A stretch of 64,000 nt of DNA from Octopus sinensis (Eukaryota): assembly GCF_006345805.1 (NCBI RefSeq), contig NC_043000.1, positions 51,274,001 to 51,338,000 of the forward strand. Direction: 5' to 3'. This document shows positions 40,838 to 54,839 of the stretch, in pieces. The translations under genes were made by a program, and so were the position numbers. The notes below the pieces were generated by a model. It had not been told where the DNA came from. It ran no database searches and saw nothing but the letters and a program-made list of their open reading frames with translations. Numbering within the stretch: the first letter of the stretch is position 1; each line of letters starts with the position of its first letter.

Positions 40838-41748
40838 TACACCATGCACACGCATATACATACACAATTTAATATATGTTCATACATAATTATACACCTA
40901 AATCCATATAGTTTTCTATATGTACACACATGCAGAACTGCACATATGTTATACAGATACATATAATACATACACACAACACACACACACATGTACACAC
41001 TAATATATATAAGAGAGAGAAAGGGTGAAAAAATAAACATTCAGATATTCACACATTTGTGATTAGTCCTGCAGCAGTGTAGAGATTTGTTCCTTAAATA
41101 TCTGCCCTAAATGTTTTCGCTGATAGCTGAAAATCTCAGGCAAATCTTCCATCATCTTCATCATCATGGTATAATGATCTTTTCTCATCATTTCTGCCTC
41201 AGCCTTTCAGTTCTTCCTTCTTATATCTATATCTATGTAACATACCTACATATATATATATATGCATATATATGCATAAATATATATATGCATATATATA
41301 TATGTATGCATATATATATATATAATATATATATATATATTAACATATATATACATGCACATACATATACATGTATGGATACATGCACTCTTATAACCTT
41401 TATATAAAATGTTTATTTGGGCATGACTAAAACCCCAACATGAAGAAAGAAATTAATTTATATCTGCACTTGTTTCTCACAGATTCTTATTTACAGAGGT
41501 CATCAGTCAGTCAGACAGCTGGTCGTGAAATAATGGTTCATGAAGGCAAGATGTTTATTCGTAGCTGTCAATCTTTCTCGATTCTGTGATGCTCTTCTAT
41601 CTCTTTTGACTCCATAGGCAAGATCATTATACCATTGTGATATATAAAGCAGTGCATCCAATATTTATTTGTATGTTTTACTAGGCTATTTTAAATTCCA
41701 TATGCAACTGTTTGTGTGTGTGTATATATATATCTATATATATATATC

Positions 41749-41780
<32 letters not shown>

Positions 41781-42276
41781 TACACCATGCACACGCATAT
41801 ACATACACAATTTAATATATGTTCATACATAATTATACACCTAAATCCATATAGTTTTCTATATGTACACACATGCAGAACTGCACATATGTTATACAGA
41901 TACATATAATACATACACACAACACACACACACATGTACACACTAATATATATAAGAGAGAGAGAGGGTGAAAAAATAAACATTCAGATATTCACACATT
42001 TGTGATTAGTCCTGCAGCAGTGTAGAGATTTGTTCCTTAAATATCTGCCCTAAATGTTTTCGCTGATAGCTGAAAATCTCAGGCAAATCTTCCATCATCT
42101 TCATCATCATGGTATAATGATCTTTTCTCATCATTTCTGCCTCAGCCTTTCAGTTCTTCCTTCTTATATCTATATCTATGTAACATACCTACATATATAT
42201 ATATATGCATATATATGCATAAATATATATATGCATATATATATATGTATGCATATATATATATATATATATATAT
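40373..42276. repeat. Near-identical tandem duplication, period ~943 bp
   Basis: Paired ORFs offset by 943 (41111/42054; 41040/41983); differences are almost only in microsatellite and homopolymer lengths. Confidence 0.95.
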
Positions 42277-42775
42277 GATGGTATTTCTTTTCTCCTGTGC
42301 ATGGAAAAATATCTTGTAATATTGGCAAGAATAAATTACTCCACAATTGCTCTTTGAAAGCAATTCTGGGTAATATAATTGTATCTGAGCTGCACCAAAA
42401 ATCTTTAACCTTGTAAATTTGGGGTAAAAAAAGAGATGAAGAATATATATTTCTGAAATATGCATTATTGAGCAACTTGGTGTATTATTAAATATTTTCA
42501 CTTCAGAAGAGTGATATATGAAATGGAATTAATTTTTTATAGCAGGCATTTGAAAGTAAGACAAAATTTCAAAAACAGAAAAATATTCAAGTAGGCTACA
42601 TTTTTCTATGATAATTTAAGAAATAAGAGAATTGTTTGATATGTTTTCAAAATTTGTAGGAATATAATACTATAGCATAAATTAGAATTTATAAGTTCTA
42701 TATGTGTTATGTAAGCAGTCTAAACCTTTATTTGGTTATGTGCCTATGATAACATATTTTTAATTGTTATTTATA

Positions 42776-42811
<36 letters not shown>

Positions 42812-45800
42812 TGTATGTATGTGAGTGTGTGTCTGTGTATGTGTATATATATCAGATTTGTTTGTATAGTGTTAGTTATGGCGTACAGTATGTAACCAGC
42901 ATTTAGAACTCCTTCCATTCTTTTATATTCTTAAAAGCTGAAGCTGTGAAAAGAATTCGTGGCATTGAGTTAAAATTTCTTGCAACTGGTCTCCATAGTT
43001 ATAAAGATCACAGACTGTGTATCTGTCTATGTGTGTGTGTGTGTGTGTGTGTGCTTATAAAGGCATGCATGTATATATGTATAGAATACATAGGCAGACA
43101 GTTTTCATTCTAGATTTAGCCTTTAGGGAAGTGTTTTTACTTTTTGGGTTAATGTTATTGATTTTTTTTTTACTTCAAGAGGAATATCTCAAAAATGATC
43201 AAACTTGAAAATTTATTGGTAAATTAATGGTAGTCAACATTGATTAGGAGAATTAATCAATGGATTCAAATGTATTAACCTTCTTTAAACTAAAAATATA
43301 AAATAGCTTATAACACAAAAAAAAGAAAACACGTAAACAAAAACACAGAAATTGACATTACTATAAAATAGTAAGAGAATCAGGGAGGGAGAAACAGAGA
43401 AGGATGGCAATAAAAAATAGTAAAATTCATGTTTACTATTGTTATTAGGCTGTATTCATTAATACAATAGAATATCAATATTATCCTCAGAAAAATGTTG
43501 GCTGTTGATTGTGAGCGAGGATCAAAATAGAGTAAACAAGTAGTAGTGTTAGTCTACATAGTTAGGCTGTATTGGCTACAAGCAATGAAATATTGACTTA
43601 TATATGAATTATAAACAGTTGTTCATTAATTAGTGGCAGCCTGAAATTGCTAGCTTACTTGTACTTGAATGAATAGCTATGGCTACATTCAGTAAACAAA
43701 TACATGGCTTGAGGATATACTATTGAATGTTGAACAGTGTATCACAAATATAGATATGAATTAAGTTCGTCTTCTACAACCTATTTCTACTATTTTTTTC
43801 CTTTATTAAATATGACAAACATGCAGAAAAAGAAAGAAAGAAAATATAAGAAAAAAGATTTTAATGTTGGAGTAAATTATTATTTTATTATTATTATCAT
43901 TATTAATATTATTATTATTTATTTTATTTTATTTATCACTTTTTTTTTATTAAAAAAACTAAGGCTTCTAGTTTATTATTCAACCAAATTCTGTTCAGAA
44001 TTAGTGTGAGAAGATAAATGAAAACATAAAATCTAGTTGCATCAAATGCTGAAGTATCAATTAGAGACACTATGAAAGAGCAATATTTTAAATGGAATCA
44101 TATATATATATATATATATATATGCACATTATATACATATATTCTCTACATTGTAAAAGTAGATTTTAAGTCTTTATTACTTATATAGTGATTATTACAT
44201 CTAGCATTCTGAATTCTGATATTCCTGTGTACTCTCTCTTAGTTTTTAAATGAATGCAGAAGATTTGGGTAATACATTAAGTATCTTACACAGATTTGAA
44301 AATCTGAGACAGTACAAAAACACATAGCATTTTATTGTTCTACAAATGTACCATTGATAAATATTTGAGATCTATCAATAATAAAGCAAGAATGAAGTGG
44401 TGATACATTTGACAATTTCATCAATCCGTTGCCTCAAATATATAATTTTGATTTTCAGTGTATTACTCATTAAAGTACTAAACATTTGAAAGGATGCTCC
44501 ACATCTAAGTTCTCTAGGTCTTGAATGTTTATTGCTAATTCAGCCATGTTTTTAAATAGCAAAGTAAATAGTGTGTCAGATATTAATAACCTAATGATGA
44601 AATACAGATTTTTATTTCTAATATATCACATTTGTGCATTTTAGTAAATTTACTATTTTGCATAATAACTACAGCAACAGCTATCATGTAGTGTTTTAAA
44701 TTTTAGAGTGTAGTAAGCCAGCATTTTAGGGAAGCAATATTATGTATTGTTTTCAATTTCTTAACATATATATATAAGGTGGTGCTCCAGCATGACTGCT
44801 GTAAAAATACTGAAACAAGTAAAAGAATAATAAATATATATATATATATATAATGCAACTAGATTTTATGCTTCCATTTGATATATATACACATATATAC
44901 ATGCATACACACACATATATATATGTGTGTATGTTTAATTATTATTTCTTGAGCAACTCATAATCAATAGCAATTTTTGATCCTATATATAATTTAAAAC
45001 TTACGCAACAACATGAAAATAGTAACAATATAGTTTGCTTGGTTACTTGGCAGCATCATTAAAAGAAATAATGGTTATAACCATATCACTATAGATATGT
45101 TACATATCTAGGCGACATACATGAAATAGATTTGTAGTATTTCACAGAAGTCCATAAAAAGTACATGTAACATATATAATTATTAAAAGTGGAATTTTGA
45201 ATGAATTCTTCATCAGTAACATTAAACTAGAAAATTATTTTCAATCGAAAATCTTAGTATGATGTCTCATTTATTGATTCAAAGTGTATGTTGTGCATGG
45301 AATGATACACATATATATATTTTTTAGAGCAACCAAAGTTAGAAAATACTATGATATTTGATGGGCAATCAATTTCTTAATGTTACCAACCAATTATTTG
45401 TCTATTCCACTTGAAATGGTCTAGTTTCAATAAAGAACTTTTAAATATGGAACACTGTCTTTCAAGTCTATTCAGAAGTAGTCTTGTAACATTTTCCACT
45501 TTCTGTTTTTGTATCCTCCTATTTTCTAACGGAAATTTCTTAAATCAGGTTTATTATGGTTGCGATTAACTTAGTATAAGCCTATCTTTGCTACATTTTT
45601 TATCAGGTGCTTGATATTTTAGTCTAAAATATTGAAATGTTTTAAATCTTAGACTGTATTTAAAACAATATGTCATAGACCTTATTGTACTCAAGGAAAT
45701 CCAATAACATTTGCACATTCACCACACATATTCACATTCCCTCACAGACATAAAATAATTATTGGCGTCCATGCCCACAAATATACGCATGCATTTATTG

Positions 45801-48800
45801 CCAACCTTAGGCAAATAACCAAATAATCGAAGTTGTTTAATTGCAAAATACTGCATTCAGCACACATCAACTCTTTGCCTCAAGATTCATTGCATTCATA
45901 TTGTCTCATTACTGGAATTTATTAAAAATATAAATCTCCTTGTTATGATTTATACATTTAAAATATGATAATATTTCTCTTGTTTCAATTATGAAACTAA
46001 TGCTGGGTTAAAATGATTCATGACTAGAGGGTATGGCAAGTGGGTTTAGAATAGTACTGTTCTGATTATTGTCACTGAAATACTATTGAAAACTCTTATT
46101 TCTTGTAGCATTCTGATAACATTTCTGTATCTCTTCAGTATCTCCATGGTAGTTTTAATAGTGATTTTGATATCTTGATACTAGATTAAAACTCGTCAGT
46201 GTCCAGATTAATTTTACACAAAACTATGATTTATCTGCATTTAAATTTATCATAACTATTTGTTAGTAAATATTCTTATTGAGAAATAATATTGAAGAAT
46301 TCTTCATTTTATTCAGTGGTGTAATAGCAACTTTATTCATCTCAGCCTCTATTTGAGGTAATACCATTCAAATATTTAAAAATTATTGTTAACCAGAGAT
46401 GAATGATTTCCTTGTGACCTTCTAAAGTTAAGTTCCAAGTTAGTTTTTTATGTTATACATTAGGTCTTTACTTTTTAACAATTCAAATATATCTTTGCAA
46501 TGTACAAGGAGTAGTAGTGACATTGTAACAGACATTCAACTTGGGTACAAACACAGTTATATTCTTTATGCATTTTTACAAATTATTTGAACTGAAATAT
46601 AGAAGGCTAAATTTTGCACTTAAGGTAAATTGAGCGAATATGCCTTAGAAAAGAATGAATGAAAGAGGAGAGACAGAACAAATTTGAATGCTAGGGGATC
46701 ATGAGACCTGCAAAGTTGACCTTTACTTATCTAGTATCAATAGAACTTAAGAAGAGTTCAAGCACTCAGTTAATGAGTTTACTGTAATACCAGTGGCTAG
46801 ATACAACCTGCTAAGTTTACTCAGTTTTTCTATTTATTTCTTTATGCCATACATTGTCAAAGAGCCAATGTAGTAGAATTCACACTTCTCAGAAATGCCA
46901 TTGTTGAGCTTTATCAGAAGTTTGGCTTTATCTTTTATTTAAAAAATTTTTGGGGATTTTGAGAAACAGTTATTTAATGCATTGGACTTATCATTAGATC
47001 TAAATGTATGCATGTTATAATGATAAATGTAGAAACCAATAGCTATGACTCCTAGTCTCCATAAGTTAGTGCCAACACCACCAACACAGTGGCAGTATGA
47101 TGCATAAAACTAGAAATTATGTCCAAATATCAGATAGAACCAGATTACACCCAGCTGGATTAGCAAAGGTTGACTGTAGTATTAAAACATTTTTAAACTA
47201 GACAAACAACTTCATTTTGTAGAAGGAGGGGATATAGTCAGTTTGATTAACTTAAGAGCATTATTGAAGCTTACTTTATTAACCCTGTGTTTATAAAAAG
47301 TAAATTTGACGATGGCAGGATTATTAATAATACTTCTTGTACATGAATTTATGAATGTTTCTTAGGGGAAATGATTGCAATGTTCTTTGCAATGAAAATA
47401 AGCTTAGCACAATTAAAATGACATAATCTTCAAAGGAACTAGTAAATCCATCAGCTTAGTAACTTAAAGCAAGACTGTTTTATTAGTTTACTACTAAAAA
47501 GAAGAAAAATTTTAAAGATAATTTTTTTCTAATAGATTGTTGTTTTTTTTTTGGCTTTTGAATAAAAAAAAAACATACCAACAACTAAACATCAGGAGAA
47601 ATACAGAATCAAGCAAAAATAGAATTTTTTCATGATTTTGTTGGTTTCCAAATTGACAGTGAAAGATCACAGGTTATGAAATGAAATGAAGAGACAGAAT
47701 TTTTATTTCTATCAGAAAACAGTTTCTTTTGCCATCAGTGCCAGAGCGAAAATCTCTTGACATTAAATCACTGTAGGATGTTATGCATTTTGGTGCCTGC
47801 TCACCCACACATTTGTGCACATACATGTGTGTGTGTGTGATGTATATATGTCTATGAGCATTTCTATATGCATATATATATATGTGTGTGTGTGTGAAGT
47901 TCGATTAAAATTAAGGTTTAGACAGGAGACATTAAATGGTAGAATCAAAACCTTGTTTTGGATAAACCCCAGGTAGAGTGCCTGCAGGGCATGTTTAGGT
48001 TCATCACTTATGGTAGTATTATATACCCACTTCTAGCTTGGACAAAATGCAAATCTTATAACTTTTGAAGCCTATTGCATCACCTGATGAGGCTCCTTGG
48101 CACTGTGAGATGCATCTGATATCATTACATCATTTCCCACCCACTAGAGAGTAGTGCAGAAGGCAACCTAAATAATTGTTTTACTAGATAAAGCTTCATG
48201 TTACACTTCATCTTCCATATCAGTCATCTAGTATAGATATATGTATATGTGTATGTATATATATGGGCATATATTTATCTATGTATGAGTGAATATACAT
48301 ATCTATATAGATACATATGGATATATATATATATGGATATATATATATATATATCTGTGTATGTATGCATGGATATGTATGTATGCATGGATATATATGT
48401 ATGTATGTATACACACACACACATACACATCAGGTAGTTCTTTATAATTTTAAAACTTCTATTCTGGGATAGGCAATAAAAAAATTAGTAGAATTGGTTC
48501 ATTTTAAAGTAAATAAACAAATAAAATGAATCTAGCCAATTATTTTAATGGTTTCTTTTTATGGCAAGTATGCACTTTTACATGCTTTAATTTGAAAAAA
48601 ATTACCACCCAAAGAATACTTGCTTAGCTATGCAACTTAAGTTTGTAGCAAGTTTAGAATATCAAACAACTATTCCCTTTCTCTCTCAGTTGCTCACTAC
48701 ACATATATACATGCTCACACAAACAAACATATTCACATATGTGTTTATGGATGCTTATGGCCAAAGATGAAGTGAATATCGAATGTAAAGACTGAATCCA

Positions 48801-49147
48801 TGACTGCTTTGATGATACCGGAATCCCTTAGAACGCTGAGGTTTTGGAATAGCATTACAAAAAAGGCATGTGTTCTGTTCCTTACTCTGGTTCTTACTTT
48901 TTATTAAGTGTCAAGTTCACTCTATGTATCTCCCTAATAGTTTCTCAAAAGAAATTTAATCCATTGCGGTTCACTGAATAAAAGCATAAAATATAAATTC
49001 AATATTAAACTCTCCTACATCCATAAACCAATAAATACATACATGTATGTGTATGTGTGGAAAAAGAGAGAGATGGATGAGTGAGAAATAGCTTATTTTA
49101 GTTTACAAAATAAACATAGTCCTTTATAATTGTTATTTCTTGTAGGT

Positions 49148-49153
49148 TATATA

Positions 49154-49213
<60 letters not shown>

Positions 49214-49259
49214 TATATATATATATTTATGTATATATATATATATATATATATATTTT

Positions 49260-49310
<51 letters not shown>

Positions 49311-49382
49311 TTTGTATATTATATATATATATATATATATATATTTTTGTATATTATATATATATATATATATATATATTTT

Positions 49383-49419
<37 letters not shown>

Positions 49420-49430
49420 TATATATATAT

Positions 49431-49461
<31 letters not shown>
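49148..49461. repeat. Interrupted (TA)n array with recurrent TTTT(T)G spacers
   Basis: Directly visible. Confidence 0.95.
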
Positions 49462-51659
49462 GCAGGAAATCTAATGCAATTGTGAATTTTTAAGGGATAA
49501 ATTACTGAAGTAAATTCTCAGTCTACTTGCATACTTCAGAAATCTGATTTCAATTCGTTCACTTAAAAACATTGAGATAATGCAGCTCAGAATACGATCC
49601 ATGTCTTCAAACTTGATTGTCATCACCACTATGCTCTTCTCTCTGAATCTCTTATATTCTCTCCCTAATAATTCTTTCTGTCTTTATCTTTTAGTCTAAT
49701 TCTTTCCATCTTTATCTTTTAGTCTGTCTGTACTTGCCTTAAACTCTTCTTTCGTGGTCTCTCTCTCTCCTTCCCTCTCGCTCTCTCTCTTTCTCTCTAG
49801 TTTGTGTCTTCTCTCCCTTTTATGCTCCTTCTCTTTCTCTCCCTTTTGTCTTCTCTCTCTCTTTCTTTCTTTAACTCTTTATCCTACCATATTTTTCGAT
49901 ATGCATCTCCTTATCTATATCTATAACTTTCTCTCCCCCTTACATCTCTCTCTCTCTCTCTGTTTTTCTCTCTGTCACTTCCATCATTTATCTTTGCTGT
50001 TTGAGCTAAGCTTAAAAAAACTTGATACCTATTTCTCTGTAAATTATTACTTTTTCAAAATTTTCTGTTTTCCCAATTTTTGTGTTATAAATTACATCCA
50101 GAGTTAATATGTTTTTGTAATAAAATTATTGCACAAAAAAATTATCTTATCCCATAAAATCTATTTATATATATATATATATATATACTCATTAGGAAAA
50201 TAAAACAAAGCAAGGTGATATTTTTTAGCAGTTTGATATTTTCATCTCAACTGTATTCTTCAATTGTTTCCATTTTAAAATACATTTTGTACTTCGCAAA
50301 CAGTTAAGGTATTCTCTGAGTTACACATTTTGTAACCAATCTATAATCATTATAGTTTCATAATGTCACTGCTATAAAAATCATTTTCTGTAATTCATTG
50401 GGAATGCAATGTAAACATGGTTATATTTCGAATTGGTCGAACAATTGCTATAACCATTGGACTATCAAGTTTTGATGGAGAACTGCTCTGCTTCAAAGGA
50501 AACTTCTCAAAACAAGACTATTAATTAGGATTTAATAGTGTTTTATAAATGATGTAATTACTAAGCATCTATTAACTAGCAAAAATGACAATAGATATTT
50601 TATTAAAATTTAATTTCTATCTCCTTAGATGATAATCTACAAATTATTAAAAGTAGAAAAGAAATTGTCATTGCTCTTACATATTGCAGTGCAGAAAGTG
50701 ATTCAAAAACATATGACAAAGATAATAATGAGGGTTTTTGTTATAAGTTGTAGAATATATCCAAGTTCCATGACTAAATCTAACCACTGCTCTCTGGAAT
50801 GACATTTAATGGCTTCACTTCTTGTAATTATTTTATTTTTACTGGTTAGTAGTCATTCATCATATTGACTGCTATCCAGAACAACTTTCAACCGAATGTC
50901 TGAAATGATGTAGTAGTCTACTATGAAAAAGAAGAAGAAATACAATATTTTTCTAAATTTATTATTTTCTTAGTTTATGACTGATTCAGAAACAATTTAT
51001 GAACCTATATGAGATATATGTTTTTTCAATAAATAAAAAGTATTTCGTAGAAATGTATTAAAAATAAGTAGGCTATGTGTATATGTGTGTGTATAAATAT
51101 GTGTCTGTGTACATTTTTATAAACACATACACTCTCTCTTTTTCTCGCTCACACACATGCACACATTCACACACATACATTTACATGCATACAAATAGGA
51201 TGCACAAAGTCATGCACATATCTCTTTCGTATAGTTTTCTCAAGTGAAAGGCTATTTCATAAAATTATTGTGAAATTTTCATATTAATTCTCTCAGGAAC
51301 TTTAAAAAAGATAATGGTTCAGGTAGAAGTAGATTTGTATAAAAAACAGTGATCTTTTGGCATCATTTCCTCACGCGGTTTTCATTAACTGATTGACTGC
51401 TGAATGTATTTTCATCCTTCAAAGCCTATTTAATTTAAATTTTAAATCAGTAACTAAATTTTATGTGTGTAAAAATGCATGCATACAAACACATACACAC
51501 ACACATGTGCACGTACACACACAGCCATGCAGCTTATAATGGGGTTTTTGTTGCAGTTACAGACATCTGTATCAACCGTTGGGCTTGTGTTCTCTATTGC
51601 AGCCTTGGGTTCATCTGCAACTTCTGATTAAAAGATTTGCTGGACCAAAATTTGTGGCA

Positions 51660-51796
51660 GGCTATCGTGTGTGTGTGTGTGTTGGGGAGGGGGCACATGG
51701 TTGTGTATGAATGTATGAGTTTATGTGCATGTGAACATGGGTGTGTGTGTTTATGGACATATATACATACACACACACACACATATATATATATGG

Positions 51797-51838
<42 letters not shown>

Positions 51839-52030
51839 ATATATATATGTATGTGTGTGTATATATATATATGTGTGTATCAATATATATATATATATAT
51901 TTATAAATGTGCACATAAATATATATTTGTATTTGTATGTATATATATTATCTATATGTATATATGCATATACATCCAAGTATATATACATATATTTATG
52001 TGTAGGTGTGTATATATATATATATGGGTG

Positions 52031-52075
<45 letters not shown>

Positions 52076-52323
52076 GGAATTTACAAAAAAAAATAACGAA
52101 GGCAGATGTGTAACAACAAACAGTGTATTAGTTTAAAGCTCTGGAAGGTGGGAGAGTCTTATATATATATATATACGTGTATGTATATATATTATATATA
52201 TATATATATAATATATATATATAGATAATTAGATTGATAGATATATGTATGGGTCTATATATATGTTTATATATATATATATGTGTGTGTATATATGTGT
52301 TTGTGTATATAAGTGTGTGTGTG

Positions 52324-52356
<33 letters not shown>

Positions 52357-52369
52357 TTGTGTATGTGTT

Positions 52370-52422
<53 letters not shown>

Positions 52423-52490
52423 ATACATGTATATACATCCATGTATATATACATATATTTATATATGTGGGTGTATCTACAGAAATATAT
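51660..52490. repeat. Large compound TA/TG microsatellite field
   Basis: Directly visible; source of the spurious YI/CV ORFs. Confidence 0.9.
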
Positions 52491-53090
52491 GTTTGATTGT
52501 GTGTGCTTATATATAAATCTTGCATTGTCAGTCCATTTTTGTGTGTTAGTTTGGGTCAGAAATTTATTGTTGTGGGATCTCATGGTTAAAGGCACTTCCT
52601 ATTGTGAACCCTTGATCGTTTTATAAGTTAGTAATCCTTTAAGAAGTTTTTGTTTTTATTCCATTAGATTTTGAAAGGGCAGGCATACAGAGAATAGTTT
52701 TCACAGGGAATGTAAACATATCACTCTCTTCTGCTTAGAGCCTGTTTTGCACTGATGCAGAATGTAAAACATCCTATGTGCACATGCACAAACACATACA
52801 TATATACATACACACATACACGTGCATGCATGCATACAATTATTGGAGTACTGGGATGTATAACACACTGCCTAAATACCGATCTTGAGAAATTAGGCTT
52901 CTTAAAACTATAAAGGAGAAGGCTGATTTGAAGACTACAGATCCAAACCATCACTGGAACTGTAAAAGTCTGTAAAACTTTCTGCAAAACTTCCAATGAA
53001 GCAGCCTTGGATCTAGGTTAGAAACCAGCTCTTTCTCTATTGGTAAGAAAGCTTGAAATAAAATTGAATAATGGCAAGCATGCATGCATG

Positions 53091-53126
<36 letters not shown>

Positions 53127-53493
53127 TATACATGTTCTATCAGCCCAAGGTTAAAATAGAAGATACTTGCCCATGATGCCACCACACATTGACAGGGAAT
53201 CTAAAGCTGCAGCTACAAAGTTAACTCAGGATTCACACACACATATCCATTCTTCCACTTGGTATATATATATTCGCATGTGTGTCTCTGTATTTTTATA
53301 TAGTACTACAAATCAATGCATCAAATTAGTCCCTGTACACCAAAAAAAGATAAATTTAGCCATTCAATAATTTGAGATTGATTAAATAATTATTAGAGTT
53401 AAATAAGTACTGATATTGATATGTTTGACTAAAAAACTTTTAATATGGTACTCACTCGACATGGCTGAAATCCAATGAGAGAAACGAATACAG

Positions 53494-53531
<38 letters not shown>

Positions 53532-53689
53532 AAACAAGAAAAAAATAGTGCAGTATAGTGGTATTGCTTTCCAGTAAGGCAAAGCACCATCAGGATAAAG
53601 TATAAGATAGTGGTACAACAATGCACCAGTATTTACTGGAAATACCAGTCAATAATATATGATGCTAGATTATCCACATCTAGGTTGTA

Positions 53690-53720
53690 AATTTATTTAA
53701 TGTTCTTCCTACAGGTAAGA
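53690..53720 (+). other. Candidate recursive splice site (3'SS immediately followed by 5'SS)
   Basis: tttatttaatgttcttcctaCAG|GTAAGA; AG at 53713-53714, GT at 53715-53716. Confidence 0.4.
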
Positions 53721-53854
53721 TGAAATTTTTTATGTTCGCCACTCGAAAACATTTTTGTCAGCGAAGCTTTACTATAGTGTCGTATACTATTGACTGCTAT
53801 TTCCAGTAAATATTAGTGCTTCATTGTACCACTATCTTATTTATATACATATAT

Positions 53855-53894
<40 letters not shown>

Positions 53895-53911
53895 TAGATA
53901 GATAGATTGAT

Positions 53912-53945
<34 letters not shown>

Positions 53946-53954
53946 TGATAAACA

Positions 53955-54194
53955 CAGATCTTCTTTTACTTGTTTTAGTCATTTGACTGCTGCCATGATG
54001 GAGCATTGCCTTAAAGGTTATTTAGTCAAAGAAATCGACCCCAGGACTTATTCTTTGTTGTAAGCCCAGTACTTATTCTATCAGTCTATTTTGCTGAACC
54101 ACTAAGTTGTAGTAATATAAATACACCAAATCACTTGTCAAGCGATGGTGGGGAGACAAACAGACACACACTCACATAAATATATACATATATA

Positions 54195-54238
<44 letters not shown>

Positions 54239-54300
54239 ATCTGTATCTGACATGCTTCTTTCAGTTTCCATCTACCAAATTCGTTCACATGGCTTTAGTT
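53955..54300 (-). mobile_element. Family-A SINE (head truncated) with internal microsatellite
   Basis: cttttacttgttttagtcatttgactgctgccatgatggagca...aaatcgaccccaggacttattc...cttctttcagtttccatctaccaaat. Confidence 0.85.
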
Positions 54301-54499
54301 CACATTGCTCTAGTCCTCGCTTTGAATCAGGAGGAATGTTAGCCTACTTGCCTAGCCAGCAAACAAAGCGCATTGTGACCAGTGATGCATAACAACATTT
54401 TTGAGTCTAGTCTGATCCTGTGATCATGTGAGATATATACATGTGTGTTTGTGTTAAATAAAATGAGATAACACGACCAAGGCAGTGTGATAAATTTAT

Positions 54500-54580
54500 A
54501 TTTCTAGGACATTTATAAAGAAAAAGGTAGTCTTATAGCTGTTTCAGGAATATAAAAAAATATCCCATCATCAGAGATGA
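54500..54580 (-). mobile_element. Penelope-like terminal repeat fragment with minimal hammerhead-like motif
   Basis: Homologous to 25695-25776. Minus strand reads TCT-CTGATGA-TGGGATAT-TTTTTT-ATATTCCT-GAAAC-AGCT-ATA-AGA. Confidence 0.45.
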
Positions 54581-54763
54581 TATGAAGATTTTCAGTAGTG
54601 CAGTTCATTATATAAGTAGTTATTTTGGAAATGGAGAGCTACTGGAAGTATAAAGGGAAATATGAGAATAAAAATATATGTTAGCTGTTGAGGCTGCTGT
54701 TCCATTATCCAAGGAATGTGCTGTGTGGAATGGGTAAAGGGGCCATGGTAAATTCCGATATAC

Positions 54764-54783
<20 letters not shown>

Positions 54784-54839
<56 letters not shown>

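Noticed and set aside
51594-52626. Many overlapping YI/CV/HT-rich ORFs here and across the window
   Set aside because: Dinucleotide and tetranucleotide repeats lack stop codons; not proteins.
52668-52740. Candidate next exon FERAGIQRIVFTGNVNI after ccatTAG
   Set aside because: Lacks the Cys and SPxYP motifs expected for a following CUB domain, and runs into a stop.
52993-53030. CCAATGA...GAAACCAGCT possible decayed hammerhead
   Set aside because: Core and cleavage triplet both broken; cannot be supported alone.
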